From: Gracilinanus agilis
Lineage: Eukaryota
Direction: 5' to 3'
DNA: 64,000 nt
Assembly (NCBI RefSeq): GCF_016433145.1
Contig: NC_058135.1
Span: 276,204,426-276,268,425 of the forward strand
The notes beneath the pieces are model-generated. The model was given only the letters and a program-made list of their open reading frames with translations, was not told the DNA's origin and ran no database searches. A program made the position numbers and the translations under genes. This document shows positions 25,260 to 38,781 of this stretch, piece by piece (the first letter of the stretch is position 1; each line of letters starts with the position of its first letter).

Positions 25260-27250
25260 TTTTGGGATTTACATTATTTTTACATTTAATTTTAATTTTT
25301 CTCTCAATTAAATAAATTGTTTTTAATTGATTTTAAATTCTTTAATTTTCTCCCTTTCCATCTCTTTTCCCTCATTAAGAAGGTAAGACATTTGATAAAG
25401 ATTATATGTAGTCAGTCATCCAAAATATTTTCTTGTTACCACTGTTAAAAAAATAAAAACATGACAATAATAATGAATATAATAATAAAGAAAACTTTAA
25501 AAATATGCTTTAATCTGCATTTAGATTCCATCACTTTTTTCTTTTGAGATGGGTAGCATTTTTCCATCATAAATATTCAAAATTGTCTTAGATAATTGTA
25601 CTGTTAAATATAATTAAATCATTCTTATTTCAAGCATTGTTGCTACTGGTTGTAATGTAATTTTGTCCAGGTCAATTCACTTTTCATCTGTTTGTATAAT
25701 TCTCAAGTTTTTTTTTCCCTAAAAAACATCCTCGCCATTATTTTTTTTAATTTTTTCTTTTCTTCCCAATTTTAGGTAAAAAAGTAACATTCTTTATAAA
25801 AAATTAAATTCTACATTCTTTTCTACTTTCCTATCTGACCCCCTTCATTGAGAAGGCAAGTAATTTTATATAGACTATACATATGCTATCATAGAAAACA
25901 TGATCCATGTTAGTGATGATGTGAAAGAAAACACAAACTCCCTCCCCACAAAAAAAAAATTATCAAGAAAAATGTTTTAAAAATATGATTTAATCTGCAT
26001 CAAAACTCCATCAGTTCATTTTCTGGAAGTGTATATTTAACTTCATGAATTCTTCAGAATTTTCTAAATCATTGTATTGCTGAGAATAGCTATTATTCAT
26101 ATTTGATAAACATTCTATATTGTTGTTATATTGTACAACGATTTCCTGGTCTTCCTCATTTCATTTTGTATGAGCTTATGTAAGTTTTTGTTGCTTTTCT
26201 GAATTGCTGTGCTCATTATTTCCTCTAGTACAGTAATATCCCATTACAATTATATACCACAACACGTTCATCATTCCCCAATAAATGGGCATAAAATTTC
26301 CAATTTTAGCCACCACTAAAAGAGTATGTGTGTGTGTGTGTGTACTTGTACATATAGGTCATTTTCCTTTTTATTTATTTGTGTGTGTGTGTAAGAGACT
26401 TAATATTTCTATTTCTGCATCAAAAAGTATGCAGAGTTTTATAGCCTTTTGAGCATAGTTACATATTTCTCTCCAGAATGGCTAAATCACTTCACAACTC
26501 TACCAGCAGAATATTAATGTCCCACTTTCCCCACATTCCTTCTAGTATTTCTCATTTTCCTTTTCTACCATGTCATCCAATTTAATACACTTGAGGTAGT
26601 ATCTAAGAGTTGCTTTAATTTGCCTTCCTCTAATCAATAATGATTTAGAATTTTTTTTCATATTATGATTGATTTTTTTCATCTAAAAACTGCCTGTTCA
26701 TATCCTTTTACCATATTTAAACTGGAGAATGTCTTGTATTCTAATAAATTTCTTTCAGTTCTCTATATATTTGAGAAATGAGGTCTTTACCAGAAAAAAA
26801 AATCTGTAATTTTTTTCATCTCTTCTAATTGTGGTTGCATTTATTCTGTTTGTGCAAAAGCATTTTAATTAAAATCACTCACATAATGTCTTATAGTGTT
26901 CTCTGTCTTTTACTTGGACATAAAGTCTTTATTCACTTATCTAACAAATAAACAATTCATTGATCCACCAATTTACTTATGGTATTACCCTTTATGTCTA
27001 AAGCATATTCATTTTGCTGTCAGCTTCTGTTTTAGGTACAAGTTAATTCTATTAACATGTAGTTATGAATACTAACCATATATTTCCCTCCATTCTATTT
27101 TCCCCAATTTCTTCTTCTTCTTCTTCTCTCTCTCCTTTCACCCTATCCCTTTTCATAAGTGTTTTACTTCTGAACACCACAATTCCCAGTTGCCCTCCCT
27201 TCTATCAGTGCTCCCATTTCTCTATTCCACCTATCTCCTACTTCCCAATA
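25260..27250 (-). mobile_element. Two adjacent old L1 3' ends (restart near 25741)
   Basis: The antisense 3'UTR motif atatgctttaatctgcat occurs twice (25503 and 25983), followed by the ORF2 end. Confidence 0.6.
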
Positions 27251-27519
27251 GGGTAAGGTGGTGTGTGAATGAATGTTTAGGGGGAACCCCCACCTTCAAA
27301 TGATATCTGGAAAGTCTCACCCAAGAGGAGTCACAGAGTCATGCATGGTAGGCAAAATTTCTGACCTGTGGTATTTAAGTCATGTGAAATGTAGGAACTA
27401 AAGTGAAACCCTGGCCAAATAGAAAATCTTAGTGAAGGGTTTAAACTAAGCTTAAAAAGCCAACAGATGAGGTATGCTCAGTCTCTCTGCCATTTTTTTC
27501 ATGTCCAGGATTCATTTTC

Positions 27520-29201
27520 ATTTTTTTCTTTTTTTTCCCTCCAAGCTCTTTTTATTTAGAATATTTTTATGGTTACATAATTTATGATTTTCCCACCCCT
27601 CTTACTTCCCCCATCATGGAGCTAACAAGAAATTCCAGTGGGTTATACATATATCATTGCTCAAAACCTATTTCCGTGTTATTCATTTTGCAATAGAGTG
27701 ATCTTTTAATGTCAAAATCATAATCATATGTTCATCAAACTATGTGATCTACCATATCTTTTTCTTCTGTGTTTCTGCTCCCACAGTTCTTTCTCTGGAT
27801 GTGGCTAGCATTCTTTCTCATCAGTTCCTCTGGATTGTCCTGGATCATTGCATAGCTGCTAGTAGAAAAGTCTATTACAATCAATTGTGCCACAATGTAT
27901 CAGTGTTTGTGTACAATGTTCTCCTGGTTCTGCTCCTTGTGCTTTGCATCAATTCCTGGAAGTCTTTCCAGTTCACATGGAATTCCTCCAGTTCATCATT
28001 CCTTTCAGCACAATTGTATTCCATCACCATCAGATACCACAGTTTGTTCAGGCATTCCCCAATTGATGGACACTCCTTCATCCTTCTGGCCTGATTTTCT
28101 TTGTAGATCATCTTTTGCCTTCTTTACTTCATTTTCAAGCTGGCCAATTCTGGCTTTTAAGACTTTATTTTCTTGTTTTAGTTCATTTATTTCCTTCTTC
28201 AAATTGTCTTCAGCCTCCCTTGATTGCTTTTTGAGTTTTTGAAGTTCTTGAGTTAGTTGAATTTTGAGATCTTCCAAAACCTATGCCCAATTCGCTGGAG
28301 TTACTTCCTCTTCTTCTCTTTCTATTTCATTTGCTCTCTTTTTACTTCCTTGAAAGAAGCTATCAATTTCTTTTCTATTTTTCTGTTGTTTACTCATTTT
28401 TTTCCCTTTACTGTTCTACTAGTTTAAGCAGATGGATTTAATGAACTTTGATGAAAGATCTTCTCTCAGCTGGCAATGGAGGTTTGTAGTTACTTTCTCT
28501 GCAGTGTATGGGGGTGGATGTTGGAGTTCTTCTGCCCTCTGAAGACTTCTTGCCTGTACAATTGATGGGATTAAGCCTGTATTGATTGGATTAGTCTCTA
28601 TTGCTTAATGTGCCCTGAGGCTAAAACCTGGAGAGGAAAAAAAAAGAAATGGGGGGACAAGATGGAGTGTTTTTGCTGAGCTGTCCAACAGTAGGGTCCC
28701 CCTGCTCTGTTCTACTGTTTCCTAGTTTTCTTTCCTCTTGAAGCCTTTTGTTCTCTATCTAAGTTTGATAAAGCCAGGCAGTCTGAGGTTTGGCTCCATG
28801 TAAGCCACCATCTTCTGTGTTCTTTTGCTGTGTTTCTCTGGCTTTCTCCTCCAGTCACCTCTCTAATGCCAGTGTTCAACTTCCTGAGTCCCATGCCAGC
28901 AAGGCCCTCTCTCCAGCCCAGTGCACCACCTGCCTAGAGATTTCAGGGGTTCCTGGAGACTCCACACACATGGGGGAGGGGTCCTGGGATTCCCCTTCTA
29001 TACCCTCAGACCCAACATTTCAGGAATTTGAGCCTTTTTCTTGGTGTACCTCTTTACCTGTCCAGCAGGGTCCCCCTGCTCTGTCCCATTGTTAGATTTG
29101 GTCCTCTTTCTTCCTGAAGATCATTATTTTCTTTCTTGGTGTGGAAGAGTGAGGAGTTTTTAAGATTTTCTTGGTCTAAGCTGCCATCTTCCCAGAATTC
29201 C
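27520..29201 (-). mobile_element. Internally deleted L1: 5'UTR and ORF1 N-terminus fused to the ORF2 C-terminus and 3'UTR
   Basis: 5' end GGAATTCTGGGAAGATGGCAGCTTAG (reverse strand, 29201). The ORF1 coiled coil (LQKLKKQSREAEDNLKKEINELKQENKVLKARIGQLE) joins ORF2 (MKECPSIGE) at ~28082. Confidence 0.82.
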
Positions 29202-29204
29202 CTA

Positions 29205-30830
29205 GAATCTGGTTGGGAGAGAAGCAACATTAGGAAGGGAGAGGGCAGGGTTGGGGTAGCTTAAAAGACTGTAAATAAGAATAAGAGGGGAATAAGAAGG
29301 GAGAGGGGAGAAAGGGAAGTACAATAAGGGAGGGGATTAGGGGAACTGATTAAAGACAAAACACTGGTATAGAAGGAAATAGTGAAAGAAGAAAGGGCAG
29401 GACAAGGAGAAGGAATCAAAATGTCTGGGAATACACAGCTGATAATTATAACTCTGAATGTGAATGGGATGAACTCATTAATAAAATGGAGGCAAATAGC
29501 ATAGTGGATTAGAAACCAAAATCCTACCATATGTTGTCTACAAGAAACACATGTGAGACAGATAGACATACATAGAATAAAAATGAAAGGATGGAGCAAA
29601 ATCTGTTGGGCTTCAACTGAGGTAAAAAAAGGCAGGAGTTGTAATCATGATTTCTGACAGAGCCAAAGTAAAAATAGATATGGTTAAAAGAGATAGTAAA
29701 GTTAATTACATCATAATAAAAGGCAGTATAAACAATGAAGAAATATCAGTATTCAACATGTATGCACCAAACAGAATAGCATCCAAATTTCTAAAGGAGA
29801 AGCTAGTGGAGCTCAAGGACAAAATAGATAGCAAAACTATACTAGTGGGAGACCTCAACCTTCCCATATCAGTTCTAGATAAATCATACCAAAAAATAAA
29901 TAAGAAAGTGATAAGAGAGGTGAATGAAATCCTAGAAAAATTAGAGTGAATAGATAGATGGAGAAAAATAAATAGGGATAAAAAATACACCTTCTTTTCA
30001 GTAGCACATGGAACATTCACAAAGATAGACCATGTGATAAGGCATAGAAACATGGCAAACAAATGCAAAAAAACAGAAATAATAAATGCAACCTTATCAG
30101 ATCATAATACACTAAAATATTTATTAGTAAGAATGCATGGAGAGACAAACCAAAAACTAATTGGAAATTAAATAATATGATTCTCCTAAATAAGTTAGTG
30201 AAAGAACAAATCACAGAAACAATTAATAATTTCATTGAAGTCAATGACAATGATGAGACTTCTTACCAAAACCTTTGGGATGTAGCCAAAGCAGTTCTAA
30301 GGAGAAAATTTATATCACTGAGTGCAGATATTAACAAATTAGGGAGGGCAGAGATTAATGAATTGGGCATGCAGCTTAAAAAATTAGAAAATGAACAAAT
30401 TAAAAATCCCCAGATGAAAACTAAATTAGAAATACTAAAAATCAAAGGAGAAATTAATAAAATCAAAAGTAAAAGAACTATTGAAATAATAAATAAGACT
30501 AGAAGCTAGTATTTTGAAAAAAACAGATAAAATAGACAAAGTACTGGTAAATCCAATAAAAAGAAAAGGAAAGAAGAAAACCAAATTAAAAGTATCAAAG
30601 ATGAAAAGGGAGACCTCACCTCTAATGAAGAGGAAATTAAGGCAATCATCAAAAACTATTTTGCCCAATTATATGGCAATAAATATAGCAATCTTGGTGA
30701 TATGGATGAATATTTACAAAAATATAAATTGCCTAGATTAATAGCAGAAGAAATAGAATACTTAAATAATCCCATATCAGAAAAAAATTAAACAAGCCAT
30801 CAAAGAACTCCTTAAGGAAAAAAATGACAA
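29205..30830 (+). mobile_element. Internal L1 fragment: inter-ORF spacer plus ORF2 endonuclease/linker
   Basis: ORF2 start at 29421 (ataactctgaatgtgaatggg, TLNVNG). YAPN, ILVGDLN and YQNLWDVAKAVLR motifs present, with stops and frameshifts. Confidence 0.88.
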
Positions 30831-31620
30831 CTGCTTCAGGTGTCCCCAAAAGATTTTTTTTAAAAGTCATATAGGAGAGATAGAAAAAATAAACTTGGGA
30901 AAAGAAATGAGAATGAAACAAGAAAATCAATTCAAAAAGAGTCAATAGCTTGTTAAACGAAGCATAAAAATGTAAAAATATCACTGAAGAAAATAATTCT
31001 CTAAAAAAGAGAATCAGCCAAATGGAAAAGGAAGCCTAAAACTCCATTGAAGAAAATAACTTTTTAAAAAGTAGAATTGGCTACATAAAAAAAAAAAATA
31101 AAATACAAAAGCTCAACAAAGAAAAAGATATGCTAAAAACTAGAATTGTGCAAGTGGAAGCTAATGACTCCATGAGACAACAAGAAGTAATCAAACAATA
31201 TCAAAAGAATAAAAAATAAAATATGGGGAAATTGTGAAACTTGTCACTGCAAAATAGCTGAGCTGGAAAATAGATTGAGGAGACATAATTTAAAAATCAC
31301 TGGATTATCTAAAATCATGATCTAAAAAGAACCTGGATCATATTAAAATAAACTATCAACGAATACTGCTCTGATATTCTCCAAAAAAATACTGGAAAAT
31401 AGAAGTTTTTAAATCCACTAATCTCTTCCTGAAAGACCAATATGGAAATTCTGAGGATTATTATATTCAAATTACAGAGCTCTCAGATCAAGAAGAAAAT
31501 ACTTTCAACAAACAAAAAAAATGATTCAAATATAGTAGACTCACAGTCACAATTACATAAGAACATGATTTTATCAGAGGGCTTAGAATGTGATACTCCG
31601 TAAAGCAGGAGCCTAGGATA
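30830..31620 (+). mobile_element. Old L1 ORF1 remnant
   Basis: agaattgtgcaagtggaagctaatgactccatgagac and gaaaatagattgaggagacataatttaaaaatc. Confidence 0.65.
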
Positions 31621-32099
31621 CCAACAAGAATAAACAAACAAGTGAAACTATGTATAATATTATTTCGTTGTGATAGTCAGATTTATTGGAAGAAAAGTCA
31701 GCAAAATATTTCTCAATAATTGCTTTAATTTCTTAATTATTGGTTATGATTTTGCCTTTTTCATTTTAATATGGATAATTTAGCTTTCATTCTTATTTTT
31801 TAAATAAAATTAACCAATGGTTTATCTATTTTATTTTTTTCACAAATAAATGTTATCTTATTTATCAATTCAATGTTTTTTTTTCCTTTCAACTTCATTT
31901 TTTTAAGATATCCAATTTGTTCTTTAATTGATGATTTAATTTTTTTTCTTTTTCTAATTTGTTCATTACAATCCCAAAAATCAGAAATAATTTCAACTAA
32001 TACTTATCATTTTTTACTCAAGTCACATTTAATATGTCTCCCTGTCTGCTCTTTAGCCTCTTCCTTTTCCCACATATCCCCTCCCCCAAACTTGAAAGT

Positions 32100-32541
32100 G
32101 CCTCTGACATAGAACTGTCCAAAGGATAGAGATTTGTTGCCTAAGATTTTGGTGTTACCCAAAGTCCCCAAATGAGATTTTTAATTATATATTTTTGTTG
32201 TTTGTTTAAACCCTAACTGAGCTCCAGGGAATCTGTCCCCTAGCTCATGAAAAATATAAACAGGTCTCTTGTGTAACAAATATTAGAAGAAAGAATTGTT
32301 TTCTATCTCTTCTTCTAACACTTCAGTAAGATTTGAAGTGTTTTGTGCACTTTTTATGATTATGAGAAATCAAAATTACCTTTTAATTCTAACATCTAGA
32401 ATTCCCTTCAGTTTCGTGTATGTCTAAAACAATAGAACTCCTTATATGATATGCTGTTATTTTTTGTGTATAGGAGCAAGATATTCTTAAAGTTAACAAA
32501 GCATTTGGAAGAAGCTGAAATTTGAAGCAATTTTTGTAAGT
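32100..32541 (+). promoter_or_regulatory. Putative promoter and non-coding first exon of OR paralogue 4
   Basis: TAATTA 32182, O/E-like CTCCAGGGA 32222-32230, TATAAA 32255, donor GTAAGT 32536. Confidence 0.58.
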
Positions 32542-33879
32542 AAAATATATCTCATGAAATTTTCTTGTACTTCTTTTAATTTTAATAATTTTTTAGTTTA
32601 ATAAAGGGTTGCAATGTGGTTAAAAAATAGAATATAGATATTAATCCCTAAAGTACTGTTTGAAGTTTGATTTTGACATTTGTCAGAAGTTTGACATAAA
32701 GTAAATGAAAAAATATTTCCGTAGGCCTCAATTTCCTTATCAGCAAATTATAACTAATAATGCTTGTAATAACTAACTCAAAGGTTTCTGTGTGGATCAT
32801 ATATGATAATAAATGCAAAATTTCCATATACCTTGAGGCTACATGAAAGTTGTTGTTTATGAAGAAGATGATGATGATGATGGTTGAATTGTGCCTTGAA
32901 GGACAGATAGCATTTCAAGTGGAGATGAAAAGAAAATTTAAAACAATGAGAAAAGTGTAAAGAAAGACTCAAATTGGGGGGGGGGGTAAAGGTATTTTTT
33001 CATGAAATTGTCAAGAAATCCCTTTTTGCTTTACCATAAAGGTTCACACATACTGGTGACTTAAAGACCTAAAGAGACATAATGGGATAGGCTATAGAAT
33101 ACTAGACTGGAAGCCAGAAAGAATTTAAAACCAGCATGAATCTTGATATCCTCATTTGTAAAGTGATTTTAATTACCTACTTAACTAGATTTGTCTTATT
33201 TCAGGGGGAAAAAAAGTTGAATTCAACTCCTGCTTTTGCTATATATGAGTTTCATTTTAAATATCACCATTAGGTCATGCCCCTTTAAATACATGTTGGT
33301 GAAATGTTGAAATTGAAAGATATAATGACCTAAGTGTTTAGAGTGAATCATAAAAAAGGAAAAAAATTAAAAGAGGTAATAAAGCTCCAACATTCTCTCC
33401 AAATTTGATAAAAATCCATTCTGTTATTCTCATGAGTAGTATGGAAGATATGAACTATAAAATTAATTATAAAATAACAGAATTCTTTAAAGGTCAATTC
33501 CTAAAAATAACCATGTGGGCACAATGTTCATGTCACATATGCTGCATGATATCATTTGCAACATTGCATTTTAATTTATTGCTATTATTAAGCTTTCAGA
33601 TGATAGAACCCTTTGTGAATTGAGAATGCACTAAAATATAAGGCTTTAGCCAGCATCAAAAATGATCTTGACAAGCTAATACCATCTATTGATTTGAAAT
33701 CAACTAAATCAAGTGGGAGTAAACATAAAATACTCTGGGGGAATATATTAATTTCTCAAGGAAAAGAATGGAGCAAACATAGTAAGAGAGAAGTTTCTCA
33801 GGAAAAAAATGAAAGGTAAGAATAGGGAAATTAAAGAATAGCAAAGTCAGTATAAGTACAATTAGCATGTAATTAGGTA

Positions 33880-34400
33880 GTCAAAAAAGCAGATTCTCCC
33901 AAATATGATCTTAATATTTTGACTGAATGAATAGTCTTATTTGAAATGGAGATTATTTTAGTCCCACTACACTTTCCCTAATTCAAACCACATCTGGAAT
34001 TTTATAATCATTCTGAGCACCACGTTTTAGGAATAATACTAATAAAGCTTAAGCCCATACAAAGAAACTTGACTAAGGTGGGAAAGGGGTTTAGTATCTT
34101 TTCTTCTAAAAATTAGATGAAAAAACTAGAAGTCTAGATAAGAATAGACTTTATGTTTATATGCTAGCTCATTCAAGTACTTAAAGGATTGTCCTATGAA
34201 AGAAATATTAGGAATCTTCTGCTTGACATTTAAAGTTTTCACTATGGAAAATTGATGGGAATTAGAAAGGGAGTAATTCAAACTCATTATGAGGAAAAAC
34301 AAAAGATCTTTATGAAAACTAGAGCTGTATAATGTTGGAATGAATTGCTCAAGGAAATAGTCTATACTCCTTTATTTGTGAATCCCCATTCTAAATGCAG
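33880..34400 (+). mobile_element. L3/CR1 remnant (paralogous to ~8830-9190)
   Basis: cacgttttaggaataatactaataaagct...gagctgtataatgttggaatgaattgctc. Confidence 0.55.
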
Positions 34401-35123
34401 AGGAATGACTATCATTTATGTTGTAGAAATTATCAAAGATGTCTATAATAGTATTAATTATCTATTTTTTCTTAAATATCTTGAACTCCTTTTATTGTTC
34501 TTTCCTGTGGATTCAAAGGATAAATATTGTCCCAGACAAAGGAGAATTCATCAAATAATTTCCTTTGACTAGAAATACACTTATTTTTAATAGGCTCATA
34601 AAGTGCAAAAATTAATAGATATTGAGTTTGAAGGAAACTTTGAGGTAATAAAGTATATTCTCAGAATAATGATATGTTAAAGACATCCTCAGTGGCAAAA
34701 ATGAGACTAATTTGATACTCATTACCCAAATCCAAGGTTCTTTCCCATGTAAAGTGAAACTTTTCTAGCTTTCATTTCAATCCTAACTAGGAAAAATAAT
34801 AAAATAAATTCTTAGTCTGACATAAAGTTCTACTTCTTATATTCCCCTCATTCTTCACCTCTAAATCCAATTATTTTCTCTTTTCCCAGTTAAATGGTAC
34901 ATAAGAAAGTACACAGGAGAAGAACTTGAATAGTGGAATTTTGCTTTAGTTTACCTACTTAGGTCTTTGAGCAAGTAATTTCATCTTTTGGGGCTTCAGT
35001 TTCTTCATCTATATAATGAAAGTTTGGATTCTATGATGTTTCAAATCTTTGACACCATGAGCTTTTGATCACCTAACTTCTAAGGTCTTTTTTTTTCCAG
35101 TTCTGATATTCAATGTTCTAAGG

Positions 35124-35331
35124 CAGGGGTCAGCAATATATGGCTCTCGAGTCATATCTGGCTCTTTTGAGGGCCAGATATGGCTCTTTCTGCAAGAGCC
35201 ATAAAGTCAATTTTTTTTTCAGGTGCTGTTACAGGAGCGCGCACTGTGAGCACTGTACAGCTCTCATGAAATTACATTTTAAAAAATGTGGCGTTTATGG
35301 CTCTCATGGCCAAAAAGGTTGCTGACCCCTG
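35124..35331. mobile_element. hAT (Charlie-type) MITE, family A, 208 bp
   Basis: Perfect 13-bp TIRs CAGGGGTCAGCAA/TTGCTGACCCCTG. Perfect 8-bp TSD ttctaagg (35116-35123, 35332-35339). Empty paralogous site at 9959-9966. Confidence 0.95.
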
Positions 35332-35649
35332 TTCTAAGGTAAATCCCAGCTGCAATGTTTTGTTTTCAAATTCACTTGAGTGGTAATATTCCTTCCATGT
35401 CTGACCCATTAAAATTCTTTCAGGTGAGAACTTGATCACTCCTAAAAGGAGTAAACCAGTAAAAGAAACTTCTGTTGATTTTCCCTTTACAGAACCATAG
35501 CTGAGTTAAATCTGCTTCATAAAGTGGCGATAAGGGTGTTGGAAACTCTCAAAATACATTTAATGAACTACTTTAAGAACCCCTGTCCTCATTGGACCTG
35601 AAAACCCAAACAATGAGGTAAATCTTGAATATCTGGCTAGAAATCATAC

Positions 35650-35860
35650 TGAAAAAGGCATTGACTTAGTCATCTCAATTTAGGAAGATTTGAATTAAGA
35701 TCTACTTTCAGACAATTGCAAGTTGTATGACCCTTGGCTAGTCATTTAGACTCTGGTCGAGTTTTTTCACATGTAAACTGGGGGTGGTAATTATGTGTAC
35801 TTCCCAGGGTTCTTTTGAGAGAAAAAATGGGAATTACTTATGTAAAGTATTTTTCACATC
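35650..35860 (+). mobile_element. MIR-type remnant (paralogous to ~10275)
   Basis: gtatgacccttggctagtcatttag...tttttcacatgtaaactgggg CORE. Confidence 0.55.
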
Positions 35861-36561
35861 ATAAGTACATGTGTGTAGACACATAAATATACACATAAAT
35901 ATATGTGATGGAATGGGATGTATATAAATATATGTATGCAATATTTTAAAAGTTATAATGTATAAATACATAAACACATATATGTATATAATATTTCAGA
36001 CTAGCTATGTTATTTTTTAAATATATCATGGATTTTTAAAGTTTAAAGGCATTTCAGAAAATAAATTAGTTTAGTTCATCCCTGAATTGGAATATCCTCC
36101 AAAATATATTTGAGAAATAGCCATGTAAAGTTTTCTTGGGGAAAAAAAAACATTGAAGGAAAGCTCAGTTCTTAATGATAATCCTTTAAACTTTTATATC
36201 ATTATGTTAAGAAATTTTCCTTAGGATGAAATTTAAAGTCATCTTAGTTAGAAGTCTTGAGATTGAATCCCTGAAATACTACGTATTTATTTAACATTGA
36301 GCTAGTTATTTCTGCTCTATTAAATTAGTATCTTGCAAGAGATAATCACAGATCTAAAAAATCATTATACAAGAAGATTCAATGTAATCGAATATTTCCA
36401 TATGATTATGTTTCCCTTCTCAGGAGTAGCATGCTGTAGCAGAAGGAGAACTAGATAAAAATTCCATTGTTAGCCTTTGTGTCCTTGCTAAAATTTTAAT
36501 TTTCTGAATTGACCTATTATTGTTTTCTTTCTCACAGTCAATAACAGGGCAAACCAAGTGA

Positions 36562-37500
36562 ATGGCCAAAGAAAATTACACAGTGGTTACAGAGTTCCTC
36601 CTTTTAGGACTGACAGACCGTGAAGAGTTAAAAGTGTTTCTCTTTATGCTTTTCCTGGTGATATATATCATTTCTTTGGTAGGAAATCTTGGCATGATTG
36701 TACTAATTCAAATCACCCCTAAGCTTCACACTCCTATGTATTTCTTCCTCAGTTGCCTCTCATTTGTTGATGCTTGCTATTGTTCTGTCTTTGGACCAAA
36801 AATGCTTATGAATTTCTTTGAGGAGAAGGCAACTATATCATTCAATGCTTGTATAGTGCAATATTTTTTATTTGTGGTCCTTCTCACCACCGAGGGCTTC
36901 TTCCTAGCAGTGATGGCATATGACCGCTATGTGGCAATTGCTAATCCACTGCTTTACATGGTGGTCATGACTAAGAAAGTGTGTGCCATCCTGGTCATTG
37001 GGTCATGTATAGGGGGAATGATTAATTCATTGACCCATACAATAGGTTTAGTCAGATTATCCTTCTGTGGGCCAAATGTAATCAGCCATTTCTTCTGTGA
37101 TTTGCCACCACTGCTGAAGCTCTCTTGCTCTGACACTTCCAGAAATGAGTTATTGCTCCTGATATTCTCTGGTGTAATTGCTATAATCACTTTCTTGACT
37201 GTGATCATCTCTTATATCTTCATTGTTGTTGCCATCCTCAGGATCCGCTCGGCAGCTGGGAGATATAAAGCCTTCTCCACCTGTGCTTCCCACTTGACAG
37301 CTGTGACCTTGTTTTATGGCTCCATAAGCTTTAGCTACATTCAGCCAAGTTCCCAATATTCCCTAGAACAAGAAAAAGTTGTTTCAGTATTTTACACTAT
37401 GGTAATCCCAATGCTGAACCCTCTGATCTATAGCTTAAGGAACAAGGAAGTCAAAGATGCTGTGAAAAGGGCAATAGAACTGAAACCATCTTTTTCTTAA
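36562..37500 (+). CDS. OR5J2-like: Olfactory receptor OR5J2-like paralogue 4 (312 aa, intact)
   Basis: All canonical OR motifs present. Closest to paralogue 1 ([17 protein letters not shown]). Acceptor ctcacag ends at 36537. Confidence 0.95.
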   Translation: MAKENYTVVTEFLLLGLTDREELKVFLFMLFLVIYIISLVGNLGMIVLIQITPKLHTPMYFFLSCLSFVDACYCSVFGPKMLMNFFEEKATISFNACIVQYFLFVVLLTTEGFFLAVMAYDRYVAIANPLLYMVVMTKKVCAILVIGSCIGGMINSLTHTIGLVRLSFCGPNVISHFFCDLPPLLKLSCSDTSRNELLLLIFSGVIAIITFLTVIISYIFIVVAILRIRSAAGRYKAFSTCASHLTAVTLFYGSISFSYIQPSSQYSLEQEKVVSVFYTMVIPMLNPLIYSLRNKEVKDAVKRAIELKPSFS

Positions 37501-38781
37501 TATCATCACAGAAATATCTTTTCTACAAGAATATCATGGTAATCAGTAGAGTTCTTCAAGACATCAAATTACAAAAAATAAGACTTCAGGACTGGTGGAG
37601 ATGTTAAAAAAAATATGTCCTCAGAGTTCAGTTAGTAGTAATCACTGCCATTTAAAAATTTAAGAATGGAAAATGAAATAATAGGGGAGAAAGTGATCCA
37701 TCTATTTTACTTAGTCAGTAGTAGATTAAGAAGAATAACACAAATGTTCTCTTGCTCTGTCCCATCTTTTTTTAATGGAATCCACATCTTTTACAACATT
37801 AATATTTTATGATTTGCTTAGCAATTCTATTTAAAATCTAAGCAAAGTAATTTGAGATCAATAAAATTCATAAAGCATCTATTTAATGTTCTCTAAAATT
37901 GATTACACATTGCAACATAATAAGAATGCTTGACCTGGAAGGTATTTTTAACACAAAAAATAGAATTATAGATCTTCTGCGTATCACATTAGTAATCAGC
38001 TGCAATCCTTTCATTTTACAAATGAGTAAAATGACCTTCACATGTTTACACAGTTAATATAATTGTGAACAGAGCCTAAATCTTTTAAAATTTTGTCTAT
38101 AACTTTGTATTGTATTTTCTACTGACCATTGACTTACACATTTTCATTCCCTTTAAATTGCAATTACATCTTGAGAAACTAGAATCCAGAGTGACCTATC
38201 TGATTTAAAACTTTGCATCAATTAATGTGAAAAATGAGCTGCATCACATGTGGTTTTATAGAGATTAAATGAAGAAAGAAATTTTGATTTAATGGTAGGG
38301 GCAGCCCAATGATCCAGACATGAAGTCATTTTGACTCTATAAACATTTATAGAGAGAATGGAGAGACTCCAGTCTAAACAGGATTTCAAAGTAAAGGCCA
38401 AAAGAATAAAAGGGAATACAAAAATCATCAATAACAGGTTCCTTATTTCACAAAAGAGGAAACTGAGACTGAAACTGAGATTTAACCAAAATCACACAGT
38501 TACTTAAAGAGCTACAAATCATCCCTCCACAAACTGCTATTACTATAATCTAATCTCAGTGCTCTCTCCATTATGTTAGGGTTTCATATATTTTCTGTCA
38601 GTTTGGTAAAATCTATGAACTACTTTTTTTAAATATTCAAAGGAAACTAAATTTCAATTACAAGTAAATGAAAAAAAATATATTTTCATCTGCCCCATCC
38701 AAATCTGTAGACACCAAAAAGTCTATCCAGACTCCTTCACTATACCATACAGAGTAAGTCAATAAAATATAGTAACAATAA

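Noticed and set aside
27260-27500. Possible LTR U3 fragment next to the deleted L1
   Set aside because: No terminal CA, TSD or second copy visible, so it is too weak to call.
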